A stretch of DNA of 64,000 bases. It comes from Patescibacteria group bacterium. GTDB taxonomy: Bacteria > Patescibacteriota > Patescibacteriia > UBA1558 > GWA2-36-10. This document shows, one piece after another, positions 9,298 through 18,995 of the stretch. Below the pieces are notes generated by a model. The model made no database searches. It saw only the letters and a list, made by a program, of their open reading frames with translations, and was not told the DNA's origin. The position numbers and the translations under genes are program-made. The first letter of the stretch is position 1, and the number at the start of each line of letters is the position of its first letter. Location: NCBI GenBank assembly GCA_041662585.1, contig JBAZSG010000001.1:66381-130380 (forward strand). The letters are read 5' to 3'.

Positions 9298-10611
9298 TTA
9301 AAAACAAATATTTAGCCCCGAAATAGTACCAGTAGCATAAGAAAGCATTTTCAATTCTTCTATATTTTCACTACTTAGATAATCTTTAATTTGACCATCT
9401 ACCAGCTTGCTATTCCTCAAATACACCAAATCTCCTATTTTAGCATCTATATTGCCTAGGCAATCCTGTAAAAAATCACCCAAATAGTAATTATAAGACG
9501 TTAATTCTGCTATTAATGCTTGTTTGTTGGATAAATAATGTTTGTCTCCAATATCCCAAATAAACAAATCATCAATTTGTAATATTTTTTGACCATTAAT
9601 TTGATGTTCTATAACGTTTTGTTGCTCGGCAGCCACTAATTCGGTATAAGCTGTACCATCAGACAAAACTCGAGACACTTCTTCTAGAGAAAGAGTGTTT
9701 ATAAAATCCAAAATATTATCTTGCCAGCTCTTATCACTAGCCAAAATCCAGCCATCATCTTTTTGCCAGACTATAGCATCCTGCAAAACTCTATCTTTTA
9801 TAACCTGTTTATCTAAATTATAATATGGCAAAGAGTCAAACAATGATTTTAACAAACTATCTATAATTTCTTCACTTAGATTGTCTGCCAATTGACTATT
9901 GAAAGCAAAAACAAAATCAAATTCTTTTGGCATTAAAAATTCTTTTATATTTTTAATCTCTGAGGTTCTCTCTTCTAGTAAACTAAGCTTATTTTTTCCT
10001 TTAGCTAAGGTTTGCCAATTGACTAATACTCTATTTCCAACAAAAGCTGGCTCTACAATATCTATCAAATCACTCAAAAAACTTGGAGCTTGGCCTTTGT
10101 GCCAATAAATACTGACTCCGGTGTCAAAATATTCAATTTGTTCTGGCCTGGCTTCCAAATAATCAATTACTTTTCCTCTATTGATAAGCAAAATGTTCTT
10201 TTCTGGACTATAGGCCCTAAAATCCAAATTTTTGTTGGTCATTCCCATCAAAAATGACTTTGGTAATCTAGAAAATTTTAATAAATAATTATCATTGGCT
10301 GGATTGGCATCAGTTTGAAACCAAATTATTTCTTGTAAGTTCAAAAAATTGCCTTCTAATATATTTTCCAATTCTACAATCCGTTCTTGAGCGATATTTT
10401 TATTAAATACTTGATCAGCAAAGACTTTTTTACTAGTAAAATGATAATAAAAAGAAACATCGTCTGGTAAATAACTAATTAACTTCTGTTTTTCGTCGTT
10501 TGGCCAAAAAACTAGCAAAGACATTATCAAAATAACCAAAACAACAGTAGCAACAATTATTTTGTTGTCTGTTTTGTGATCTTTTTTTTGTACTAGTTTT
10601 AGAAAATCCAC
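9298..10611 (-). CDS. Hypothetical membrane-anchored protein
   Basis: 437-aa ORF with N-terminal TM; no recognised motif. Confidence 0.7.
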   Translation of the reverse strand: MDFLKLVQKKDHKTDNKIIVATVVLVILIMSLLVFWPNDEKQKLISYLPDDVSFYYHFTSKKVFADQVFNKNIAQERIVELENILEGNFLNLQEIIWFQTDANPANDNYLLKFSRLPKSFLMGMTNKNLDFRAYSPEKNILLINRGKVIDYLEARPEQIEYFDTGVSIYWHKGQAPSFLSDLIDIVEPAFVGNRVLVNWQTLAKGKNKLSLLEERTSEIKNIKEFLMPKEFDFVFAFNSQLADNLSEEIIDSLLKSLFDSLPYYNLDKQVIKDRVLQDAIVWQKDDGWILASDKSWQDNILDFINTLSLEEVSRVLSDGTAYTELVAAEQQNVIEHQINGQKILQIDDLFIWDIGDKHYLSNKQALIAELTSYNYYLGDFLQDCLGNIDAKIGDLVYLRNSKLVDGQIKDYLSSENIEELKMLSYATGTISGLNICF

Positions 10612-10646
10612 AGAATAATTTTATTTATCTTCTAAATACTAAAAAA

Positions 10647-12851
10647 TTATTTTCTGAAAAATCTTGGTTTTTTGGATTCTGGCTTATGGCTTGTTTCTGC
10701 TTTAAAGCCTTCTGGTTTTGGTAAAAAATCTTTCATGGAAAGACTGACTCTGCCTTTTTCTTTATCTACTTCAACAACTTTGACTTTGACAGTGTCGCCT
10801 ACTTTTATTTTGTCGGTTACTTTGTTGACCCTTTCGTGAGCAATTTGAGAAATATGTACCATACCATCTTTGCCTGGGCTAAGCTCTACAATAGCACCAA
10901 TTTCTGTACCTTTGTTTCTATCAGTAACTATTTTTAATACTTTGCCTTCGTATATTTCACCAACTTCAATTTCTTTGACTATACTTTCAATCCATTCCTT
11001 AGCTTTTTTACCACCTTCTCCTTCAACAGCAGTAATCATAACCAATCCGTCTTGTTCAATATCAATACTAACACCACAAGCATCAATAATTTCGTTGATG
11101 ATTTTACCACCAGAGCCAATGACATCTCTAATTTTCTCTGGATCAATATGTAAAGTAATAATACGAGGTGCATATTTAGACAATTCTGAACGAACCTGAG
11201 GAATAGCTTTGCTCATAACAGCCAAAATCTTTTCACGAGCAATTTTAGCTTTGTCTAAAGTCTCACCAACTACTTTATAAGCAATGCCCCCCAATTTTAT
11301 ATCAAGCTGAATAGCAGTAATACCATCTCTAGTACCAGCTACTTTAAAATCCATATGTCCAGCATGGTCTTCAATGCCTTGAATATCAGTAAGTACTTTA
11401 TAATTATTTTTATCATTATCATCTACTACTAATCCCATAGCAATACCAGCTACTGGCTTGGAAATAGGAACCCCAGCATCCATCAAAGACAAAGTAGAAC
11501 CACAAATAGAAGCCTGAGATGATGATCCATTTGAACCCATGACCTCAGATACAACACGAATAGTATACGGAAAATCCTCATCTTTTGGTAATACTGGAAG
11601 CAAAGCTTTTTCAGCTAGAGCACCGTGACCAATTTCTCTCCGACCAGGACCACGCAGTGGCTTTACTTCACCCACAGAATAACCTGGAAAGTTATAATGA
11701 TGCATATATTTTTTGGTGCCAGCCAATTCCATACTATCCAAAGTCTGTTCGTCTCCCGGAGAGCCAAGAGTAACAACTGATAATACTTGCGTTTCACCAC
11801 GAGCAAACAAAGCACTGCCATGTGTACGTGGAAGTAAGCCTACTTCTGCTTCCAATAATCTGATTTCATCAAATTTTCTATTGTCAGGACGCTTACCATC
11901 TTGTAAAACCAATTTCTTAAAGGCTTTTGTAAGAGCTTCGTCAATCATAGCTAGCCCCATAGCTCTCATATCTTTGGAAACTTCACTGTCTTCTTTGAGA
12001 ACTTCATTTACTTTTTCAGTAAGCTCATCAATAGAAGTTTTCATTTTTGATTTGTCAGGATTAAAACAATCGTTTAAATTATTTTGTGCCAAAACTTTTT
12101 CTACTTTATTTTTGACTATATTTATAATAGTTTGTTTTTCCTCATCTAGACCAGCTTCTTGTTTTTGTTTGCCTTCTTTTTTGATAATATCTTCAATAAA
12201 ATCAACGATTTCTGCTATATATTTGCCAGCCAAATTTATAGCTGCAAAAACATCTGATTCTAGTACTTCTTTGGCACCAGCTTCAATCATAATTATTTCA
12301 TCTTTAGAGCCAGCTACAAAAAGATCCAAATCACTTTTTACTTTGTCCTCAACACTAGGATTGATTGCTATCTGTCCATCAATCCTACCCAACTGTACGC
12401 CAGCCAATGGTCCTTTCCAAGGAATATAAGAAATACCCAAAGCTATAGAAGTAGCTATCAGACTAGGAAAAGTAGGATCATTGATACCATCATATGATAA
12501 AACAGTCACCACTACTTGAATATCATTTCTATCACTTTCACTAAAAAGTGGTCTAATAGAACGATCAATCAAACGACCAGTAAGTATAGCTTCGTCAGTG
12601 GCGCGACCTTCTCTTTTGATAAATCTAGAACCTTTTATTTTGCCAGAAGCATACATTCTTTCCTCATAATCAACCATCAAAGGAAAATAATCTATACCAT
12701 CTCTAGGTTTGCCAGAAGTGACTACTGTAGCCAAGACTACAGTCTCACCATAGCTAACAGTACAAGCTCCATGAGCCTGTTTGGCTAGTTTGCCTAGCTC
12801 TACTTTGAGCTCTCTACCAGCAACCTCTGTTTTAAATTGTTTAATACCCAT
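10647..12851 (-). CDS. pnp: Polyribonucleotide nucleotidyltransferase (PNPase)
   Basis: RTHGSALFARGETQ, RREIGHGALAE, SNGSSSQAS, DFKVAGT, KH and S1 domains. Confidence 0.97.
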   Translation of the reverse strand: MGIKQFKTEVAGRELKVELGKLAKQAHGACTVSYGETVVLATVVTSGKPRDGIDYFPLMVDYEERMYASGKIKGSRFIKREGRATDEAILTGRLIDRSIRPLFSESDRNDIQVVVTVLSYDGINDPTFPSLIATSIALGISYIPWKGPLAGVQLGRIDGQIAINPSVEDKVKSDLDLFVAGSKDEIIMIEAGAKEVLESDVFAAINLAGKYIAEIVDFIEDIIKKEGKQKQEAGLDEEKQTIINIVKNKVEKVLAQNNLNDCFNPDKSKMKTSIDELTEKVNEVLKEDSEVSKDMRAMGLAMIDEALTKAFKKLVLQDGKRPDNRKFDEIRLLEAEVGLLPRTHGSALFARGETQVLSVVTLGSPGDEQTLDSMELAGTKKYMHHYNFPGYSVGEVKPLRGPGRREIGHGALAEKALLPVLPKDEDFPYTIRVVSEVMGSNGSSSQASICGSTLSLMDAGVPISKPVAGIAMGLVVDDNDKNNYKVLTDIQGIEDHAGHMDFKVAGTRDGITAIQLDIKLGGIAYKVVGETLDKAKIAREKILAVMSKAIPQVRSELSKYAPRIITLHIDPEKIRDVIGSGGKIINEIIDACGVSIDIEQDGLVMITAVEGEGGKKAKEWIESIVKEIEVGEIYEGKVLKIVTDRNKGTEIGAIVELSPGKDGMVHISQIAHERVNKVTDKIKVGDTVKVKVVEVDKEKGRVSLSMKDFLPKPEGFKAETSHKPESKKPRFFRK

Positions 12852-12875
12852 ATTTTTGCTCCTTTCTTAAATTGT

Positions 12876-12950
12876 CGTCGAGCTGATATGGCAAATTTTA
12901 GACTATTAGCTAGCTAGCAATCTAATACTTACCTACCAACCCTCAACTGT
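12876..12950 (-). promoter_or_regulatory. Long hairpin in pnp 5' region (possible RNase III processing stem)
   Basis: Minus strand GAGGGTTGGTA...TTAGATTG-CTAGC/GCTAA-TAGTCTAA...TATCAGCTC; position matches known pnp leader stems. Confidence 0.45.
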
Positions 12951-13025
12951 TAATTAATATTTTATTTAAAACCCCGAACCTGAGCCTCTAGGGCAATTGA
13001 TTCGGGGCTTAATAATTTGTTTATT

Positions 13026-13385
13026 TTATTCTTGTTCCTCCTCCTCTTCTTCTTCCTCTTTTGTCTCTTCTGCTTTAAGTAGTTCAATTGGTTCTTCTAT
13101 ATCAAGCCTTTCTTTTTTGGCTATTTTTAGTTTTAAGATTTTTACTAATTTTAGAAACCTTTTTTCGTCCTCTCGTTCTAAATAACGAAGTAATTTGTGA
13201 CGAAGAGCTACTTTTGCTAAAAGACCACGTCTTGAAGAAAAATCTTTTTTGTGTTCACGAAGGTGGTTGGTCAATTCTTTGATTTCTTCGGTAAGAATAG
13301 CAATCTGCACTTCAGATGAACCAGTGTCATTTTTGTGAGTCTTAAACTTTTCAATAAGCCTCTGTTTCTTTTTTTTGTCTAACAT
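13026..13385 (-). CDS. rpsO: 30S ribosomal protein S15
   Basis: DTGSSEVQIAILT, HKKDFSSRRGLL; upstream of pnp; acidic C-terminal extension. Confidence 0.96.
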   Translation of the reverse strand: MLDKKKKQRLIEKFKTHKNDTGSSEVQIAILTEEIKELTNHLREHKKDFSSRRGLLAKVALRHKLLRYLEREDEKRFLKLVKILKLKIAKKERLDIEEPIELLKAEETKEEEEEEEEQE

Positions 13386-13393
13386 AATTTATC

Positions 13394-13462
13394 CTTTCCA
13401 ATCCCGAATCCGAGCTAAGCCTCAATTAGACCTCTGTCAGGCCAAGCCAAGTATTGGGAAAT
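13394..13462 (-). promoter_or_regulatory. Putative S15 leader structure
   Basis: GC-richer 5' leader with TTTCCCAAT/ATTGGAAA closing stem overlapping the GAAAGGA SD. Confidence 0.4.
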
Positions 13463-13565
13463 TAATTAAATACGGACTTATATTAACACTTTTATATCTA
13501 AAAGTCAATACTGAAGTCTATAAAGCCATACTTACATTTGTGTCGTTTTATGTTAAAATATAAGT

Positions 13566-14342
13566 ATGTTAAAATATAAAAATCATTTAAAATCTATCAA
13601 ATTACAAACCTCTACTATAAAAAGCTATCTCTGGCATATAGATCAGTTTTTAAGCTGGCTTGATAAAGCAGAATTGACTGATAATAAACTAAAAGAATAT
13701 TTTCAATATTTATTGAAAAAATATAAACGTATAAATACCATTAATCTTCGCCTAAAAATAATAAATAATTACTTAAAGTTTTTAAATACTCCATTTCATA
13801 TTGATCTTCTCCCTAATGAAACTACCGGTATTAAAATATTAACTGCTCAAGAGCTTGATAAATTTTTAGAAAACCCTAATAAGTATAAGAATCTAATCGG
13901 ACTTAGAGATAAAGCTATTTTAGAATTACTTTACTCCTCTGGACTCAAAGTAGGGCAACTAGTAAAATTGAAAATATCTCAAATAGATGCTATAAAACAA
14001 GAAATATTTATAACTAAAAATAATTTTATAAAAATAAATCCTAGTACTTGGCTGTATTTAAAAAAATATTTAGACAAAAGAAATGATACTATAGATTATC
14101 TGTTTATAAATTTTGATAGATCAAACAAATCTGACAATAGATCATTAAGTATCCGCTCTGTTGAAAGGCTCATAAATAAATATGCCAAAAATATAAATCC
14201 CTCTGTAAATATAAATCCCCAAATATTAAGAAACACTCTGGCACACAGATTAAAATCTGAAGGTGCCCAAAGTGAACATATAAAATCAGCTCTACATTTT
14301 AAAACAAAAATAGCTGCTCAAAATTATTTAAATAAAATATAA
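13566..14342 (+). CDS. XerD-like tyrosine recombinase with degenerate active site
   Basis: SAM-like N-domain (TIKSYLWHI), LRDKAILELLYSSGLKVGQL, LSIRSVERLI, PQILRNTLA, AQNY. Confidence 0.8.
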   Translation: MLKYKNHLKSIKLQTSTIKSYLWHIDQFLSWLDKAELTDNKLKEYFQYLLKKYKRINTINLRLKIINNYLKFLNTPFHIDLLPNETTGIKILTAQELDKFLENPNKYKNLIGLRDKAILELLYSSGLKVGQLVKLKISQIDAIKQEIFITKNNFIKINPSTWLYLKKYLDKRNDTIDYLFINFDRSNKSDNRSLSIRSVERLINKYAKNINPSVNINPQILRNTLAHRLKSEGAQSEHIKSALHFKTKIAAQNYLNKI

Positions 14343-14351
14343 AAATTATTT

Positions 14352-14759
14352 TTATGGTATTAATTCGCTCCAAGTACAATTTGACATATCCTTGGTACAA
14401 GAATATCTAACCTTTCTAGTAGATTGTGTAGTAGAGGCTGTGGCTTCTATCAATGAGATACAAGAAGCTCCTTCACAAAAATTTTCAATAAATTGACGTT
14501 CAACTTCCACCCCATTTATTAAAAAATTATCAAAAATATAATTATTTGGTTCTTTTTTTAGTTGCATCAAAGCTTCTTGAACTCCAGTTTCAGCAGCATA
14601 AAAAGTATGGGTAGCATCTATAAAAGAATTTAAACTATTTTTCATATTTACAGATATTAAAGATAATGATAAAGATATTGACAACATAGTAGTGGTTACA
14701 AATATAGCAGCTATCAAAGTTGCAGCTCCGTCTTTTTGTTTTAAAAAATTTATAATCAT
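14352..14759 (-). CDS. PilX-like minor pilin
   Basis: KDG|AATLIAAIF prepilin-like N-terminus without Glu5; FYAAETGVQEAL PilX motif. Confidence 0.75.
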   Translation of the reverse strand: MIINFLKQKDGAATLIAAIFVTTTMLSISLSLSLISVNMKNSLNSFIDATHTFYAAETGVQEALMQLKKEPNNYIFDNFLINGVEVERQFIENFCEGASCISLIEATASTTQSTRKVRYSCTKDMSNCTWSELIP

Positions 14760-14760
14760 A

Positions 14761-15297
14761 TTATCTGATACTAAGAAAAGTAGAAAAATCTCTTTGATAA
14801 TAAGAATAATCTTTTTCTACTGTGCCTGAAGTTAGCCTAAAGCTTATCTGAATACCTTGATTACTAATACCTCGATAATCATCAACAGCTATTAAAGATA
14901 AATTTGATACTGACACATTAGAATTATTCAATATTATTGGACTTAAAGTAGATTGATCTGGAAAACCAGAGCCAATATCTTGTCCCTCACGATAAACCAT
15001 GTCGTCTCCTAAGACTTCGATACTAAAACGCATATCTGGTAATTGATAAAAATGAAATTGTTCGGGTGCCGGACTCACATCTACAATAGTATTTGTATTA
15101 TGCAATCTATTGGTAAGATAATGAACTATAAATCTAGCATTGTGATTTACATCATTTATAGCTATAAAATGTCGACGCGCTTTAAAAACAGATAATACTA
15201 AACTTGATATTATAATCATTAAAAGAGTAGCGATAAGCAAATAGATTATAGTTTCTACCAAAGTAAATCCTTTTTTATTTATCTGAAAAATTTTCAT
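14761..15297 (-). CDS. Type IV minor pilin (PilW-like)
   Basis: KKG|FTLVETIIYL class III signal. Confidence 0.8.
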   Translation of the reverse strand: MKIFQINKKGFTLVETIIYLLIATLLMIIISSLVLSVFKARRHFIAINDVNHNARFIVHYLTNRLHNTNTIVDVSPAPEQFHFYQLPDMRFSIEVLGDDMVYREGQDIGSGFPDQSTLSPIILNNSNVSVSNLSLIAVDDYRGISNQGIQISFRLTSGTVEKDYSYYQRDFSTFLSIR

Positions 15298-15298
15298 T

Positions 15299-17230
15299 TT
15301 ATAAATTTTCTGAATAAGAAATAATAACTTCCTCCAAAGTTGGTGTTTGTAAATCAGCTTGACTATCTAAAAAAAGTTTATATCTAATATATTTATCAAA
15401 AGCGTGATTAGTATAGTTTATATATTCTCCATTGGCTTCTGTATAATAACTAGTGCTTGTTCCGTCTGGCCCTTTAAAGTCCCAAGGTCCTCCAGAATTA
15501 TCACTAGTTGCAATTTGAAAACGTATATCAGTATCAAGTGGTTCGTTGCCTTCCCAAGAAATCCAGTTGTAAGAGCTAGTAGCCGTACCAGCATCAAAAG
15601 TTGATGATTCTAATATTCCAGCTGTAGAATAATCACAATCTGTTATTTCGGTAGATATAATAAAAAATTCCCCAATATTACTAGAAGTTGCTGCATAAAT
15701 CATAGAACAATTGGCCGACATGCCTAAAACATATCCTTCTAAATCAAAACCAAACTCTTTAAAAATATTACTAGGATCAGTGATATTTAAAACATTTAAT
15801 TCTTCGTCTAAAAAATTAGTACCCAAAAGAGCATAAGGTCCTACCAAAGAAAAAGAATGAACTGTCTCATTGACTTCGTATGATCCTAAAAAGTTTGGAT
15901 TAGCTGGTTCATTTACATCTAATACGAAAAATTCTGGTCCCCCACCATTGTTTTGAGTTGATATATATCCTTTATTACCTCGAACAAAAACATCTGTACC
16001 TTTTAAAGACCCTGGTAAATCATATATCCCTATTATATTTAAATCTGCTGGATTAGTAACATTTACTATTTGAAATTCAGCTGAGCTATCTAAAGTAGCC
16101 AAATAAACATAAGAATCTGAAAAAAATAATTGATCCAACTCAGCCGCTATGTTCAATGAATCAAGAAGTTGAATATTTGAAGGATCTAATATACTCAAAG
16201 AATAAAAATCAGCTCCTTGTACTATATAAGCTTCCGTACCAGATATTGCTAAATCCAGTGAATCATCATTGCTCGGTAAATCATAAGAATTAAAAATATA
16301 GGGACTACTTAGATTATTTATATTTATTATTTGAAGTTCGGCTACATTATCTCCTGTGGCCAAATAAGCATAATCTCCAGACACTCTTATACTATTAACT
16401 GAAGACCCAATATCTAAAGATGATATTTTAAATACATTGTAAGGATCACTAACATCTAATATATAAAGCTCGTCTCCTGAAGGATTATTTTCTGTAATCA
16501 AATAAGCAATCCCATCTTTTTCTAAAACATCATTATCATCAAAATTTGATGGAGTATCATAATTATCAGTAGTAGTGGTATTGCTCCAATCTATATATCC
16601 AAGTTGTAAGCTAACTACACCAGCAGTCGATACATCTACACCTGCATTTTTAGAAAAAAACTTGGTTTCATCAAACCAATTAACCTGTCCGTCTCCACCA
16701 ACCCAATCTGTTTGTAACCAACGACTAGCTTGCCATCTATGCAAATATGTTTCCATATTTTCTTGTTGAGCATTACCAGATTTACTATTCCATGATACAT
16801 TAATAGTTATTTTTTTTGTATCTACATCGATATAACCTCCAGATAATACTATATCACCATAAGCTTGTCCGTTGGTATAATTTTCTCTATAAACATCTGA
16901 TACTGTAATAGTTCTAGTGTAAAAATTATCCAAAAGCTGACCACCTGAACTCGCAACCCATTTGTTAGCTACTAAATTAATAGAATAATCACCAGCGGCT
17001 AAAGTACTCCAATCCAATAATCTAACAGCTTCCATAGATTCAATGGTATAAAAAAGAGCTTTAGTTTTTTCTTCATTTATATACCTTAACTTATTATTTG
17101 ATACACTTATAGCAAATACCAAAACAATCATAGTAGCTATAAAAGATATAGTTATTAATAGTTCTATCATGGAGAATCCTTCAATATTTTTTCGCAAATA
17201 TAAACCAAATTGTTTTTTTATATTCTTCAT
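15299..17230 (-). CDS. Large minor pilin with LVIVD-type repeats
   Basis: EG|FSMIELLITI class III signal; repeated VSGDYAYLAT..ELQIINI, ELYILDVSDP, EFFVLDVNEP units. Confidence 0.78.
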   Translation of the reverse strand: MKNIKKQFGLYLRKNIEGFSMIELLITISFIATMIVLVFAISVSNNKLRYINEEKTKALFYTIESMEAVRLLDWSTLAAGDYSINLVANKWVASSGGQLLDNFYTRTITVSDVYRENYTNGQAYGDIVLSGGYIDVDTKKITINVSWNSKSGNAQQENMETYLHRWQASRWLQTDWVGGDGQVNWFDETKFFSKNAGVDVSTAGVVSLQLGYIDWSNTTTTDNYDTPSNFDDNDVLEKDGIAYLITENNPSGDELYILDVSDPYNVFKISSLDIGSSVNSIRVSGDYAYLATGDNVAELQIININNLSSPYIFNSYDLPSNDDSLDLAISGTEAYIVQGADFYSLSILDPSNIQLLDSLNIAAELDQLFFSDSYVYLATLDSSAEFQIVNVTNPADLNIIGIYDLPGSLKGTDVFVRGNKGYISTQNNGGGPEFFVLDVNEPANPNFLGSYEVNETVHSFSLVGPYALLGTNFLDEELNVLNITDPSNIFKEFGFDLEGYVLGMSANCSMIYAATSSNIGEFFIISTEITDCDYSTAGILESSTFDAGTATSSYNWISWEGNEPLDTDIRFQIATSDNSGGPWDFKGPDGTSTSYYTEANGEYINYTNHAFDKYIRYKLFLDSQADLQTPTLEEVIISYSENL

Positions 17231-17233
17231 AAA

Positions 17234-17710
17234 CTAATTAACTTGCCCAGAACTTTTAACTTCTATATTTTTATTATAACTATTGTCAATACTCAATATT
17301 ATAGATATTGTCCCTGTATTATTTGCTTCTCCATCAAATTTGGAAAATATTACATCTGGTCCATAAACACCGAAAGCATCTGAAAAAATTGTTTCTGAAT
17401 TTTGAATTTCTATACCATTTAAAATCCATGTTTTATTGTTAACATCAGATTGATCATATGTGTCTCCTGAAAAAATAGTATAGCTTGAAGTAGTAAAATG
17501 CATACCCCATGAATTACTACCAGCAGCAGCTGTAGCTAATTGTTGAGTCCTAACCAAAGCACTTTTTATTGTGTCATGAGTATCAATAAGCAATATTTTT
17601 TTATGCCAAGTTTTATAACCATTAAAACCCATAGAAATAATCAAAGATGTGACTGATATAACTATCAATAACTCAATCATACTCAATCCTCTTTGATTTT
17701 TTATAAACAT
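17234..17710 (-). CDS. Type IV pilin/pseudopilin (FimT/GspH-like)
   Basis: QRG|LSMIELLIVI; C-terminal IEVKSSGQV. Confidence 0.8.
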   Translation of the reverse strand: MFIKNQRGLSMIELLIVISVTSLIISMGFNGYKTWHKKILLIDTHDTIKSALVRTQQLATAAAGSNSWGMHFTTSSYTIFSGDTYDQSDVNNKTWILNGIEIQNSETIFSDAFGVYGPDVIFSKFDGEANNTGTISIILSIDNSYNKNIEVKSSGQVN

Positions 17711-17715
17711 AAAAA

Positions 17716-18993
17716 TTATTCGGCAAAAGAATTGGTTAATTCATACATTGGGCCAATGACAGACACAGCAATAAAACCAACAGCTACACCAACTATGACC
17801 AGTAAAACTGGTTCTAATATTGTAGAAAGATTATCTAAAACATTATTTACTCTATTTTCATAAAATTCAAAAATCTTGGCTAGTATTTCTTCCAGCTGTC
17901 CAGTAGACTCACCAACTTGTATCAATTGTACAGTCAGTGATGGGAAAAGGTTTGGTCTTTTGGCCATAGAGGCTTGTAAAGATGTGCCTTTTTCCAATTC
18001 CTTGGCGATAATAGCCACTTCTTTTTGGTATCTAGTGTTGGACAGAGTTTTGGATACTATCTCCATAGATTGGACAATAGGTAATCCAGCTGCCAAAAGA
18101 GCATTGAGATTACCAGCAAAACGAGTAAGCTCTAATTCTCTACTGAGCTTTCCCAAAAAAGGTGTTTTTAATATAAAAGTATGCAAAGCCAATTTTGGAC
18201 GAGCTTTAGAAAATATAAATTTGATTAAAATCAACAACCCAATAAAACCACCAATGGAAAAGTGCCAATAATTTCTCACGACAAAATTGATACCCGATAC
18301 AGCTCTCAAAATAAAAGGAAGTTTTACTCCTCCTGATTCAAATAAATCTATCAACTGAGGAAATATAACTAAGGCCAAAAAACCACTCACAATAATCAAA
18401 GCGATAATTACAATAACTGGATACATCATAGCCCCAACTACCTTGCTACGCAATTCTTTTTGTCTTTTTATGATATCGGCCAAATGACCAAAAGTATCAG
18501 CCAACATACCTGTATTTTCTCCTACTTCAACAGTAGCAACAACCATACTAGGAAAAACCTTGGGATAGTGTTTTAAGCCGGTAGATAAAGTTTGACCATT
18601 TTCAATATGTTCACACAAATAGTCTAATATGTCTTTAAAATATTTGTTTTTAATCTCATTTTTAATAGTCTTGAGAGCTGGAGTAATAGATAATCCAGCG
18701 CGAAGCATAGTAGACATATTGTCCATAAAAAGCATCTTATCGGTCAAAGATACTTTATTAAAAATACCAATATCTTTTGTATGGACAGGCTTTATTTCTT
18801 TTTTGACTGGTGCACCAGATGATTCTATTTTTTTATTATTTTTTGATACTTTTGAAGATTTTTTTGGTGCTCTATATAATTGAAATGAAGACATCTGAGA
18901 CTTTGTCTTGGTCAATTCACCATCACCACTAAGTTTGTTTACATCAAACTTAGAAGAGTTGTTTGTTTTTTTACTATCATCAATATATTTCAT
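17716..18993 (-). CDS. pilC: Type II secretion F / type IV pilus platform protein
   Basis: VGENTGML, MMYPVIV, VGESTGQLE, LEPVLLVIVG, PMYEL. Confidence 0.92.
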   Translation of the reverse strand: MKYIDDSKKTNNSSKFDVNKLSGDGELTKTKSQMSSFQLYRAPKKSSKVSKNNKKIESSGAPVKKEIKPVHTKDIGIFNKVSLTDKMLFMDNMSTMLRAGLSITPALKTIKNEIKNKYFKDILDYLCEHIENGQTLSTGLKHYPKVFPSMVVATVEVGENTGMLADTFGHLADIIKRQKELRSKVVGAMMYPVIVIIALIIVSGFLALVIFPQLIDLFESGGVKLPFILRAVSGINFVVRNYWHFSIGGFIGLLILIKFIFSKARPKLALHTFILKTPFLGKLSRELELTRFAGNLNALLAAGLPIVQSMEIVSKTLSNTRYQKEVAIIAKELEKGTSLQASMAKRPNLFPSLTVQLIQVGESTGQLEEILAKIFEFYENRVNNVLDNLSTILEPVLLVIVGVAVGFIAVSVIGPMYELTNSFAE

Positions 18994-18995
18994 AT

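Noticed and set aside
10870-12788. Antisense ORFs inside pnp (e.g. 238 aa at 11713-12429) and similar ones in rny, HU, comM, pilC and copA
   Set aside because: They lie opposite well-conserved genes and show mirror-codon composition.
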